NCBI GenBank assembly: GCA_046563655.1
Contig: CM102286.1
Span: 11,594,001 to 11,658,000, forward strand
Direction of reading: 5' to 3'
DNA length: 64,000 nt
Source of the DNA: Yuukianura sp. NJ FZ-2021
Taxonomy: Eukaryota
How positions within the stretch are numbered: position 1 is the stretch's first letter; the number at the start of each line of letters is the position of its first letter. Both the position numbers and the translations under genes were made by a program. This document shows positions 37,279-57,200 of this stretch, piece after piece. The notes beneath the pieces are model-generated. The model did not search any database. It was given only the letters and a program-made list of their open reading frames with translations, and was not told the origin of the DNA.

Positions 37279-38280
37279 TCCGACGTCTTCACCGACGCCC
37301 AAAATCTTAAGCTACTTCCCGCGAATCGTACTTTGAACATGGATCTATATTAATAATGAGGAACTTCGTGTATTCCTGTCATTGCAACTTTTAGTACATC
37401 CAGTGAATCTCTTCAAAAAAAATCTCCCAAGAAATTGACAAACGCAGCGCTGAAGATCAATTTGTTATTCTGAAGATCTGTATCATTGGTATTACACATC
37501 ATAAATAGTAGATTTGAACATTAAAGTCTTTATTGTGACCTCAGTTTATTAAAGTCTTTATTAACCTCAGCACTGTTTCATGCTTGCCATTTCGCAACCA
37601 TCTTTCTTGGAATGTTTCGTAGCTTTTAATATTACCCGCTGAAAAGTTACGAAGATTTGTTGACGTTGATTTTCTTTAGTGTTTTTTTTCATTTTTTTTG
37701 TCAACAAATGCGGTAGTACTCAACCTGTTAAAGCCAATTAACTTTTCCATGTCAAGGAACCTTGAGTAGTTACAACGTTGGCACTGAACATTTTATTTTC
37801 ACATTTTAATTTTTAACAATAAATAAACCAATGCGAGTTAATATTACATAAGACTAAACGTTACAATACCAACTTACAGTGCCGACTGCCTGATGAACAA
37901 GGTAGTGCAGCAACGTAACTCAAACATTGATGTTTCATACTCAACGCTTCTCACCCTAACGTAAAAACAAAATAAAGAATTTACAGTAACCCGAGTCGTT
38001 CGTAATTTGCTGCTGGGGATAAAATTAGCAGGATTCAATACTTATTCCATCTAAGCTAACGAAACGATAAGATAGAATTCTGCAACAAGTGATCGTCCTT
38101 CCTTACGAGTACGACGACTCACGCGTATCGTACGACCGAAACTAATTTGTTTACATGTATTTCAATCAAAATTCATAACAACGTGTTGTGTCATCTAACA
38201 TGAAGGTATGAACGAAGAGTTGGCACATAATTTACTTTTCCAATCAACCATATTCAAGTAGAACGGAATTAAATAGATTC

Positions 38281-44334
<6,054 letters not shown>

Positions 44335-44542
44335 TGTAGCGCCCTGAGAAAGTAACTCACAACGTTATTCTCACTGTCAAAAATAAGTTTATTATTCTGC
44401 CTGTTTGTTACTGGATGTGTTTTATGATTCGCTCCTTGAAATAATAGGGGGAAAAAGGTGCGACTATTAGGCAGATATCGTCGGATTCGCAGAATATCTA
44501 TCCGATTTGGAGTATGCACACTGAAGATGAGATACTGTACGG

Positions 44543-44661
44543 AAAGTTGTTAGAAAGCGTCTCCGCTTGTGAGTTGTGGTGACGCACAGTTCTAGAAATA
44601 TTTCCAAAAGTTATTAGAAAGCGTCTCCTGCTGGTGACGTACAGTTTTAGAAATTTTTCCA
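44543..44661. repeat. Imperfect ~64-bp tandem duplication upstream of the Actn ATG
   Basis: AAAGTT(G/A)TTAGAAAGCGTCTCC...TGGTGACG(C/T)ACAGTT(C/T)TAGAAAT occurs from 44543 and again from 44607. Confidence 0.8.
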
Positions 44662-44923
44662 TCAAAAGGCTAATTTTATGAAATTTTTGTCTCTTTTCTT
44701 GAATTACCGTAAATTTCCAAGTAGTTAGTATATTTCTAAAAAAAAATTCTAATATACTAACAAAATATACGGTACTGACAAATCGGATAGAAAATTAACT
44801 AAATGAAGTCTCCGAAATATACCTAACTATTTTAATACTCATATGAAATATACCTTGGCTGTTTGTAACTCCTTTGTGTGCGTTCAGATATCTAGGTACA
44901 TAGTATCTGTATTAATGCATAGC

Positions 44924-45093
44924 AGCAAATGCTTTCTCCCGTTGCCACTAAAGAATGCGGAAATGGAAACGCATGTAATTTGAATTATTTAGTGATGATG
45001 ATGAAGGTTAAATTGATGAAACTATCAGAACAATTTTGCAATTGTAAAAGAAATTAATAAGGTTTTCTCCCCATTCGCGAGAAAGCATTTGCT
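44924..45093. repeat. 170-bp segment bounded by perfect 15-bp inverted repeats (possible MITE)
   Basis: AGCAAATGCTTTCTC at 44924-44938 and GAGAAAGCATTTGCT at 45079-45093. No clear TSD. Confidence 0.55.
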
Positions 45094-48000
45094 TAACATT
45101 TGGTATTCATTCAAAACCGTTAATATGTCACGTCAAAACCTTTGACCTGACATAATATTAAATTAGCTAAATATTTACTGCCAGTTACGGTTTTTCCCCA
45201 CAAAAAGTGTGCCACCGTATTTAGCAGGATTCTAAATTTGAATAACTTTCATTGCAATAAAATTCGTTTTATTGTATTCAGCGTCCTATAAAATGCAAGT
45301 GCATAAAAAACTTTACCAGCACAATCGCAGATTGCCGATCCTAGTTATTCCCATGCAACTTTATCTTACAAAGATTGCCTCATACCGCAGCGACTTGAAG
45401 GTCGATGAAAATTTAATATCGAGAAGTGCGGATAAGAAATTAACCTGAGCGTTTCGAGAGCGAACGGTAATTGCGTTGGAAAGTTATGTGGAATGTTACG
45501 TGGGTTTCTTGCGGCCTTCCCAGACTTGTCCAGGACAGCTACCACCTTCTCGTTTCGTTGATTTCGAATGGGCGTACACGGACTTAACTACACCATTGAA
45601 TTAGAAAGAATTTGCACTGCCATATGCTAGTGGGGTTAGGAAGACTGAGAATGAAGATGTGAGGCAGATTCGATGATGGGCTGAGTGTGACGAGGTATAG
45701 GATTTATTAATTAGGAAATCCTAAACCAGAGTTCCCGACGGCGCTACAGCAAGAGAAGCAAACTGGAACACTGTTCTTTGCCATTTTCAATGCGAGTCCA
45801 TTAAGTCGCGCGACCGACTTTCGTTGCTACTCGTCGTAATGCGGAAACTTCCCACCAGTAACTAGAAACAACTCCTTTTCTGAGTTTCAGTTATAAATAG
45901 CATCTTCTTGGAGTTAGATTGCACGGGAGCACAAAGCGAACCTGAGTAAGTATATAAAAATAAAACAACTGCTGAGGGAACTAGGACCGAACAGTATACG
46001 TCCAGAAAACCATGTCAAATGTTGTTTTTGATATGATTAGCGTTACACAACCTCGAACGCCATTCCATTGCATTACATGTACAGTTCGTCCTTACGACAT
46101 CTTCGTTAGTGGGTTTAGAAGGAGGCCAGCAATTCTAGCCAAATACTTGTTGTATTAGTATTACCATACTTATGTTGAGTATGTTGCTTAGTAATATGAC
46201 GGCGAATTACAGTGCCATCTGAAGACTGGTGGTGAATTGAGCTAGCCCAACACCAAGTTTTTCCGAGAGAATAAATCGACTGTAATAAACCGTACATAAC
46301 GAAGTAGCGCAGGCGCAAATGTACTTAGTTTTTTAAATACCCAGGTAGCTAAGTATCACATTGTTCCTGATGCCGACATTTTCTTTCAGCTTTCTCACGT
46401 CGACTTTAATACAAATCCCTCTCTTCAACGTTTCTTCATAGCTCTGTCCAGCCAATTGGCTAGACGTAGTTTGTGGAACAAAGGGTTTCCAAGTAAAATG
46501 TTGAAGGCGAACTCAGTTGGACTCTTCTATGCTAACTGAAAAAAAAAAGGTCAAAAAACAGTAAATGTTAACTGGGTTTGAAGTTCAGTTAAACGGGTGA
46601 AAAAAACTATATTCTGGCACTAACTAGCAAGGTAACCGGGGTGCACTTAAGTAGCAAAAGATCAACTGACGTTTGACCCTGATGCTTTTTTGTACGACCC
46701 TGGTACATTTGCTTTTCAATACAAATGCTTTTCAAGTGAATTGTTAAGGGGAAAATGTAAAAATGGATCTAAAAAATGTGGAGCCGTTTACGAGATGGCT
46801 GCTTCTGACATGGTGGTGGCGTGGAAAGACAGACCGACAGACAGACATACCAAACACACATATTTTCAGACCAATGTCTCAGTTTGATGTCTCAAGTTCA
46901 TTCCAAAATACGATCTTTCACAAGTTGAGGCTACTAAATATTCTATGGATTCAATGTGTCAATCTATCAATGTTCAACGTGTGAATTCAATTCGAAAGCT
47001 TAACGTGATAGAAGGTAAATTAGGTTGTCAGTTGCGGAGACTATGTGAGCATTCATTCAGAACTGATATTACCTTGACATGACTGTGAGATATAGTTGAT
47101 TAAGTTAGTCGTTATTCAAATTTGTGAAATATTCTCAAGGCAAGATTTTTTTGAAAGCTCTTCAGGTCAATTTTTGAAAATGCTGCTGCAATTTATCATC
47201 TCCCAGGTTTCTCTGGCCAAAGTTTTGTCTATTCCAGACTAATCAATTTTGAAACTTTGATTGCCAATTGAGGGAAATTTCGTCAACATCGGCAAATGTC
47301 TGCAACTGTATTTGGATTCATTCTCAAAGTGACGACAGGGGGATTGGAATGAAAATGAACAAATGCCGACATCTTGTGACTTAACTTTCTAACGTTGAAG
47401 GAATGCGTGGGATTTTACCGAAGAGATTTAATTTCCAAGTCATTTATTTATCCCAATGGTGCAAAATTTTTCACACAAAAATGTATTCCTTGAAGTGAAT
47501 CGGAGTTGTATTCGTTGTAGCCAAGTAGCGTAACCATAGAGTCAGCGAGTAAGTTTGTATCTTGGGTTACAACTAGTGCTAGCAACAAAGGTCGCCACAA
47601 ACTTTGTCAAAAATCTCATCAAAGTCTCGCATGGAATTGATTGCAAGTACTGAGTTGTTCATGTTCACTTGTAGTAATAGTTTTTTTTTCGTTTCATTTT
47701 GTTGCAGCTGGTTCTATTCATCCCCCATCCTAACCAATCATAGAATTTAAAAAAAAAATAGAACTGAACTAGTACTTTGACGTGGGCGAATAATGATTGA
47801 ATTCGATTCCCTACTTGCATTTTGTTCCATTACGGACGCGTCAGAACCTCTGACTTTGGTAGCCGACTGAAAAGCTTATTTCTTAAACCCGTACTACACA
47901 ACGTACGAATGCACCAGCTTCAGACACAAATTTAATCTAACATTTAAATCTCATATTGTCAAACGAAATTTTAACATTTAATGTTTGAAACTTCTCCTGT

Positions 48001-49608
48001 TTTTTTAATGTGGAATGTCCTAATTCACTATAAATAAGTTAATCGCGCTATCCTTCATAACACAGTCAACTCTAAAACCGTGTAGACTTAATTTGTTTTC
48101 GGTCAATTGAAAAGGGCCGCTCCGGACTGGCCGAATTCCACTTTACAGCGGACGACCGAAATGCTTCGTGTCTGAAACCGGAACACTGTTTTGGTTATTA
48201 TTAGCTATTCTATCATTTCTCTTCTGGAGCATTTCTTTCGAAATTGGCAAAGCCACCTTTTATAAAGAAAGCTATTTTTGAAAAAGAGGATATATGCCGT
48301 TTTTTGTTGTTGCCCATATTGGGTTATAGAGATCAATTTCGTTTCATTTTCGAGAAGGCAGATCTGGGTGCAACGTTGCTAAGTCCCTCCCACATCTAGT
48401 CAATCCAGTAGACTTTTTTTTGTTAACTTGATTTGAGGAGTTGAAAGCGACTTTGGATAATTCGTTTCAAAATCGCCCGCTTCTTAGGTTGCGATTTTTT
48501 TCTTCTTGAAGAAAGTTTTCTCCGCATTCTGTTCTCTCTTCTCATCGAGTAGTCGAACGATCTATAATTGGCCAGTTAACAGTGTCCTAACTAAGTGCTT
48601 TAACGGGACGCTCCATAATCTCTCAAGGTAATTCAATTGTAAACAACTTTACAAGTTTAACTCTACTTTTTGTTGACAGTATATTACAACATAACTTATT
48701 CAAACTAAATACAAGCTATTGTTCACCCCATCAATTAATGAATTAATCAATAACAACATTATTCCAAAATTAAACAAAGTATAAATACTAGTCAAATTAG
48801 CTTTTAGACCAAATGAAGGTTCACAAATAGATTTACCGCAAAGTTTCTACTGCTCCTTCGAACGGAGTGCATGGAAAAGTTAGACATAATTCTAAATTGT
48901 CCATGATATAACTCTATTATAATATTTAATTGATATTATTTTATTATTGATGGGAGTTTTACATTGAAGTATAATTCACGAATCAATTTATGCGAAGCAC
49001 AAACTTGACATCAATTTTGTGCACCAGTTACGCCAAAACTCAAAATGCTACAAAAAAGCATATGGCGTAAGTTTCTACGTTAGGTTTCACTCTACTTTCC
49101 GTAGAAACGGAATTGTGCCAAAAAACATTCAAGGGACTATTTCTATTTTTGACACCTACTTAATTCGATTAGTACGCTATTGAAAAATGCACAGGATATT
49201 GAAATAAACTTTGTCCTGGGGACTCTACCTATTGCATCAGTTCGGTAATAGCGTGGGAGGTGGGAAGCGGTTAATCACTACTTCAATTTTCGTATTTTCT
49301 TATTAAAAATCGTATCGTGATTTCTTCATTTACAAGAAATTCATCAACCACGCTCTGCTGCTAAATTCTCAATTTGAATTGGGATATTCTACCATCAGCA
49401 CTTTCCTCAAAATTCTATATTATTTTGAAAACCTCATACAAATATTTCTACACTACATTATTTGAAACTTAACGACATTAACGTTTAGCCAGTTCAATTT
49501 TAAAGTAACTGTAGTTCGAGTCGAGTATGATATTAAGTCGAAATTGCATTGGGATTATGGATTTATTTAATTCCAGACAAGTAATCCGACAACCTTCCTG
49601 ATTTTACA

Positions 49609-50452
49609 ATGGCCGGGGAAGCTTCGTTTAAGAACCATATGGACATGATCAGCTTGAACGAACCAATCACCAGAAAGGCAAAATTTTGGCAGTCTTATGT
49701 GCGAGCGTTGAAAGGTAAATACAAGCAGTAACATCCAAAGTAATAGTAAAACATTCTAATCACTTTTATTTCAAGGTTAGGATTTCATTCTCACACAGAT
49801 TACGTTAACGTTGCATTTTTCTTTGTACCCACTCGGTGGCTACAGTGTAGCATACAAAGTGTAAACACCGGTTGCATTTGGTTAACCAATAAAACTGTGA
49901 ATCTCAGGAGTCAGACGTATGCAACTACATAAACTCAGGAACTTATTCTATTTTCTTGTTTGCAAATATTAAGGCACAGACGACATGAGGGCTGACGACG
50001 CTACTCACAGACGTCCAGCAGCCAGGGCGTTCTCAGATTTCCCGGACTTTTTCGGTGGATCATCAAGCACGGAACCCTCGACGCGGATATTTGCCCCTGG
50101 CTATCGCTACCTTCCAGTTTCTAGAGAGACTTATGGATATTCTCCACGAAAACTGTATGCACACGACACTGGATCCAGATACGTTCCCAGAGCAGGTAAA
50201 CACTGTTATAGCAAATTATTATAGCAATTAACAAATATAGTTGTAAAGTATTTAAGAAAGTCTGTTTCTCCAACATCAGGCTACAAATATACCATACTTA
50301 TTTTCGCTAAGTTAACACAAATTACCTTATCGCTAATTGTTCATAATTAATTTTAATTAATAATTATTACTTTTGCTTTCTAGAAGAGATGTAAAATCGT
50401 TCTATTTGTTTGCATTCTCGCAGGTAAAGCTTTGGGCGCCAACGAATGGTAG
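49609..50452 (+). CDS. Mf: Myofilin (thick-filament protein), short isoforms
   Basis: Exon 49609-49714 MAGEASFKNHMDMISLNEPITRKAKFWQSYVRALKG; exon 49974-50195 TDDMRA...PGYRYLPVSRETYGYSPR. These match the recalled myofilin signatures FKNH..M, KAKFWQSY.R.LKG and GYRYLPVSR.TYGYSPR. Candidate terminal exons are 50384-50394 (EEM*) or 50424-50452 (GKALGANEW*). Confidence 0.9.
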
Positions 50453-51285
50453 AGAAATGACAAGAGAAATATCATACCACCCAAAAACAGCCGTCGCCCG
50501 TATTAATCAAAATATTCACGGAAAACCGTTATACACGTCGAAACAACGCGATGTTCGGAAGTTGTGGCAAACTTTTTATGAAACAAAAATTCTGATTAGA
50601 CCTATGACAAGTTAAATTAATATCTGATGCATATTGATACTGAATAAAACACCCGAAACTATATTTACAAAACGTGCTTGCGTCAACCTACAAATCTGAA
50701 GACTCTATAATTTCTAGTTCTCGTAAACACAAAGTAAGTCACAGATGTAAATAGTTTCATCGGTGTAACCTGTATGAGTTTGCTCTTTGGGTTTTGTCTT
50801 AATTCATGAAAACTGGCTCATACACTATGCTAAAAATGAATCATTAAAACGTTTCACTTATCTGTTTTCTGGCGCAATGCTTTAATAAATCAAACATAAA
50901 ATTGACAGGTTTATAGCATTAACTTTCTGTTAACTTTAATACTTGGATCCGTGATTAGGCTCCAGAAAGCTACTGAACCCATTTTAAATTTTTCCACAAA
51001 TTTTGCATGGAATGACTGACGTAAACTTTTAATTCGTCATTTTATTTCATGTTGGTTTAGACAACACATCAAATGCGTTACTCTGGTATTTGATGTTTTA
51101 CAATAAAATTTTTGTCATTCCTTGCTAGTAAGAAGTGTTAGGCTACAATCGGAGAAAGGAAGAGGAAAGTGGATGTTCATGGGGAAAAAGTATGCTGAAT
51201 GAAATAGGGAAAGGGGATCTTCTAAATTGAAATCTTAGGACATAAAGAGTGAAAGGCAAAATTAGCTTTCTCCTAAGACTCCGAC

Positions 51286-54200
51286 ATGGTTTCGGGAAAG
51301 TCGGGACTTTTCCGAGAAAGCTTAGAAAGGTTGAACTTACCTCAACGCAGCCTCAATCATGGTAGGGCGGTTGCCACAAGCAGTATGTATTACAACACAG
51401 TCCAGAGCTACACATCAGCGGGACGTGCAGGGTCACTGCCCAGCAGTCAAAGGGCAAGTCCAATGCAGTCCCGTGTGGACCAAATACAAGATCGTGATCG
51501 TCGTTCGAGGTTAACAGACAGGTAAGCAGTGCTACATTAATTGAATTCAAGTAAGCGTGTAATTTATTGTAGGCCAATGTAACACAATTTAATGAGCACT
51601 TTTAAAGCGTGCAATACACTCATGTGCCATTTTCCACACCCACCATGTTACACAATGCCAGCCTAGGGCGACATACTAGCCACAAAATCTAGCATGGAAA
51701 TATGCCAATTTAAATGTATTTACTTTGGGGCGTAGGCTAACTGTTCACTGTACGTTAGCGTTCGAATTGTTACTGTAGGTTGCACCATAAACAGCTAGCC
51801 TAGCTAATAAACAGATACAACTGAAGTCCCATACCCCATGTACATTGCACTTCACGCAAAGCTAATGAAAAAGCTAGGGAAATCTGGTGATGCTGACGAA
51901 GATGACATCCTACTACCGTAGCAATAGCATTTGTCACAAGGTGAAGTAACCAACCATTGTAGAGAAAATCAAACAAACAAAACAGATATAATCGTAACTC
52001 GTTAGCATTAGGCAGTGAGAAAGCAAAAATTTATTTTTCCTTTGGTCGTTGTTCCTTTTGTAAGCTTTCAAATCCAATTGTAGTTACTTATGGGTGCCAC
52101 TTTTTTTATGGAGAGAGCGCGAGGCAATTGAAAAGAAAGCCAAGCAAACAGCTCTGTAATACTGAAACGGCGCATGACTTGATCACTCAATGATATGTTC
52201 ACTGTTAGTTGAGTTCTTTGAATTTGTACGCGAGTATTAACATTGTAAACTGTAGTTGCGTAAGTTATTTTAATTATGCTGATGTTTTCGCAACTTAAGT
52301 TAATTGCGAAAACAGCCCAGTCAAATCTAATTCCAATCTATCGCATCATCCAACTACAGTTACACTAAATGCGTAAACAACAAATCATATAGGCGCAATT
52401 TAGGAAAGAAATGCCAATTTCCAGATTCATATTCCACTACACAGGAAACGAGGAAACTGCCCTAAAACAAAAATCGAAGACTTGGATTTTGTTTATAGTG
52501 ACCAGCAGACATACAGACAGACAGACTCGGGGAAATACATAAAGTAGCTCATACTTTCGCTATTTAATAAAGCAATACGTTATTTACGTATTGCTATTCT
52601 AGTACGCATTAGCAACATTACCCGTATGGTAACGTAAGGATTGTCTAATATCCCCGAATTCTGAGAATTTTTCGAATTATTCGCTCACAACAATGCAAAT
52701 TGTAGAAGACAATTGAGCAATGAAATGTGATGTCTGCTGTCAAATCCCCGTTCGGTAGTTTGAAAAAACCGCATGAACTTTTGTGCTCCGCCTTATCGTG
52801 GTTCATTGGCCCTCAGGGAAAACGCAAGGCAGCTAGTGCGACCACCATAATAAAAAAAAAACTACGCATCATGTATTAAATTGTAGGTGCGTGAGTTAAT
52901 TTCAAAAGGAAAATTATCCATATACTAGTATAGTATAACTGTTACATAAAAATAGTATACTACCTGAGACAGAGTGATAAGGTAATGCTGGAATAATAAC
53001 TCCCAACCTCCCATTTTACGTTGGGCTTTATGATTTTGAACATACCGATAACATTAGGCGTACTCTATTATATGCACAAATTTTTTGATATCATAGGCCT
53101 ACAAGATCTTCAACTAATTCACCGCTCCTCGCCTATTCAGATTTGGATGCACGGGAAGACTACAACTTGGATTACCGGTCGAGGTCTGCTACAAGACTGA
53201 ACCCTGGTCGCTATGAACAAGCAACGAGTGATTTTCTCCCCATACGAGACACACGTAGAGGTATATTTATTGAAAAAATTAAAATTTAATGTGACAAGAT
53301 TTTATGTACTCAAGCGGTAATGTCCCGCAACATTTGATGCTATACATTTAATAGTGAATTTTATCAGGAAATGTACTGCATTGTTTAAAGCGAGTAAACT
53401 TGTGGCTTTTAAATTGAGAGCGCTGACGCTCTAGTCTAGCTAACTATTTATATTTGTATGACAGAGACCCAGGGAGCGGGACAGGCTGCTTACAATCAGC
53501 AATACATTGAAGATGATTACTATTCAGCTCAATCGCAGCCGATGGGAATTCTGAACAGATCGCAGAGGGGACAAGTACGCTCGTCTGATAATTATCTTGG
53601 CGAACTTCAACTACAAAATAATGATCTGCAGCGTGAATTGGGCAATCTGAAAAAAGAGCTGGAATTGACCAATCAGAAACTGGGATCTAGTATGCATAGT
53701 ATCAAAACCTTTTGGAGTCCGGAATTGAAGAAAGAGAGAGCATTGCGGAAAGAAGAAAGTGCTCGCTACAACATTGTCACCGACCAGTTGCGGGTGTTGA
53801 ATCAAGAGAATCATGTAAACAAATTTACTCTATTGAAATAAATTTCGTAAGCACATGCTAATTTTGTGTATCATTACTGTAGAAACAATCACTTCTGGTT
53901 CGTCAATTGGAGGAAGAGCTAAGAAGTCGATCGCTTCGGGGAGGGAATTCAATGGAGCTTCAGCGCCAACTTGAAGCTCTTGTTTCTGAAAATGATCACT
54001 TGCTTCGGGAGATCCGAATACTGCGTGAAACAATCAAGGAAATGGAACTACGGATTGAATCGCAGAAGCAAACAATACATGCAAGAGACGAAAGCATTAA
54101 GAAACTACTGGAGATGCTTCAGAGCGGAAGATTGGGTTCTAGTAGTAGAGAAGAGCAAATTGTTCGTGAAGTCCAGTTACTTGCACAAAAACAGGCAAGA

Positions 54201-57200
54201 AATGCTTCATACGTTTTTTCTTTAAATTAACCGTTCAAATCTATCGCCATTTATGTAAATGGTACACGGGTCACATCACATAAGAAAGTTTGGTTGGTAG
54301 TATTCCAATAAGATTTGGGCCCGTTAGGATCTATGTTGAAATGATATTTGAAAATTTCCACCCGCTTAAAAGCAAAAGATTAAAGGTCATTCGAGGTCAG
54401 AGGTCATCCTATCACGACCCTATGGAAATAGCATATCGTTGGAACGCTAGAAGCGTAGAATCTTAGATTTTGCTACAAATTTCTTTTTTTTAAACATAAT
54501 TTATTGACTGTTAGTGACTTTGTTAGTGAACTCATCATTGAATATGATTAAAAGCGGAAGATCGAGGTACAATGGATTTACTTTGACTCAATACTTAAGT
54601 GACTTCAGTGTCGGTGTAAAGGTGACCACATAATGCGTGAAAAAATACAAAGCGTTAGTTCATTCTATATCTGAAGATTAACAACCTTGAAATGATTTGC
54701 TAGATAAAACGCTAGGAGGAAAATTTAAAGCTATGTATTTGGGGTTTAGGATTTAGTGAGTTTTTGGAATAAGATTTGCCCTTGCACACAATTGCTAACA
54801 ATTCGAGTGAAGGAGTAACTAAAGTTTTATGAAAAAAATTAAGCTTATAGCATTGGACATTTCCAAATCGTCAAACCATATACCTCTCATTGGTTTCAAT
54901 ATTTGGGTTGTGTAGATTGATGAATTACGGATGGAAATTCAAAAACGCGACACCGAACTCCTTTCGATGGCAGCCAAGATGAAGACAGTCGATGAGCAGC
55001 AAGCAGATTACCAACGGCACATTGTTGTTCTTAAGGAGTCTCTTTGTGCAAAGGAAGAACACTACAACATGCTCCATTCAGATGTAATACTGTGATTCGT
55101 ATTTAAATGACACAGCACGCGCCAGTACTAGCACAACCATAATGAAATGTATTCCTTAGGTTGAAGACCTTCGCGGCAGACTAGAAGAGAAGAATCGAAC
55201 AATCGAAAAGAAAACACAAGCCGCTTTACAGGCAGCACAAGAACGCAATCGAATTGCAAACGAGTACACGGAGTTCAGAGATCAAATGGAGATCAAAGAA
55301 CGGAAAATAAATGTTCTGCAGCGAAAAATTGAAAATTTGGAAGACCTACTAAAAGAGAAAGACCTTCAAGTGGACATGGCCAGAGCCAGGTAAAACTATC
55401 TTTAAAAACTAAAAATTCTTCAAAACAGGCTTGAGTTGCAAAATTTTTTTTACAAGAAACCACGCAACGGCTTAGCCAAGGTTGCTTGACAACGAAACAT
55501 GAGTTTTCTTTAACATGTTGAGTACTACCTCGCTTGCTGGTAAAAAATGGGGGGAAAATTGGTACCAATATCGGTAACAATTCGTATGTAAAATTTACAA
55601 AATTCGGCTATATTGTTATGACTAACGACACCCAGAAATGAAAGACACTCTTTTTGTGCAAAATCTAAAAAACACAAGGTATTACTCAACCTGTTTAAGA
55701 AAATCAAAGTCAACACACCTTGGCATTAGCAAAAAAGCAACTCAGCTAAATTGCCAATAACTTGATTCTGTCCATACTATTAACCCATAAATTCATAGAC
55801 TAGCTCAATATCAAGTGTCCGGGCCGGCTGGAGCTCACTTGTCTCCTTTAAATACGCTGGAAGAGGCTCTGCAGGACAAAGAGAAAGTCATTTCACAATT
55901 GAGAGAACAACGGGATAGGGCGGAGTCAGAGAAAAATGAAGAACGTGAACTGCACGAGCGGGATGTACAAGAAGCCAAAATCAAGTTTCACACTTTGGAG
56001 TCGGAAGCTGAAAAATTGTCTGCAAAAGTGGAGCGTTTGACCGTCGAGAAGGAGAGAATTGAATGTCGCCTGGAAATGAGTCAAAGTGAGCTGGGGAAAT
56101 GCAAAGCTGAATTGGAGAAAATGGAAAGCGAAGTCGGGAAAAGTTCCATGGAGTGGGGAATTGGCAGAGAAAAAATTTCTAAAGTCGAAGTAGAAAATGA
56201 ACGATTGAAGGTATGCGCCAAGCCAGAAAAAAATATTTTGATAATTCAATATTCAAAAAAAAAAAACACTCAAAACCGTAACTACAGTCGTGTCGTTTTG
56301 AATTTAGGCGGAAAATGAGCGGTTAACTAAAGACCTTAATTTATCGCAAACGACTTTTGGCCGAACTACGTTCAATGCATCCCAAGAACTAATTTCCCTC
56401 CAAGAAAAATATGATCGCTGCCAAGCTGAACTTCGCCGAGCTCAGGCTGAACTTCGTTTGAATCAAAACGACTTTGACCGCGCCAGCACAGAAGCCCAGC
56501 AGTTACAGGACAAAATTGAAAAGTCACAGGGCGAAATTTACAGATTAAAGGCCAGGCTAGAGAATGCAGAGAGTGAGAAAATGAGCCTTAAGGACGAATA
56601 CGAACGGGCAGTCAGTCTGAATAGTCGTATGGGACTTGAGAAAGAAAAACTTGCCAGCGAATTGGACAAGTCTAACGACGAAGTAGATCGACTCAAAGCG
56701 TCTCTAGAGAAAGGAAGCGATCGAGTTGAAAAACTTCAGGGAGTTGTGGATAATCTGCAAGGAGAATTGGACAGAGTCACAGAAAGAGGAGAACGGGAAC
56801 GCGTTGAGCTTCGCCGGGTAAGCCTTGATCAGAACAGTTTTTTTAACACTAGAATTAGACGCGTGCAATATGTAAACTAACTTGTAAGGCTTGTGTACAG
56901 TTCATTCTATCGTTTGTCTCTTTTTAGAAAGCACTTTTCAAATCTGAATGCAGATTTGAAAATAGTCGCTTTATGAACCGTTAACACAGAAATTTACAAT
57001 TTTTGAAATTTTCTGTACAAACTAAATGGAGAAAGTGTTTTTGAAAAACCGAGTTTTTTCATAAGCGTCGCAATGAAAGCGAAGAAACGACCAAAACAAA
57101 AAATGACTTCTAAAAAGAGACAAACTGTTATTACGGCTAAAAAATTTGTTCATTAAGAAGTTCATTAATTTCGTGTTTTATTGAAATTCAGCTTCAGAGC

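Noticed and set aside
37521..37570. Short direct duplication TTAAAGTCTTTATT..ACCTCAG in the AdSS 3' region; similar short duplications at 9748/9881 and 19351-19410
   Set aside because: These look like local slippage duplications with no evidence of function.
45891..48037. MEF2 consensus sites TTATAAATAG (45891) and CTATAAATAA (48028) between Actn and myofilin
   Set aside because: A few such matches are expected by chance in 5 kb of AT-rich DNA, so they are not supportable without conservation data.
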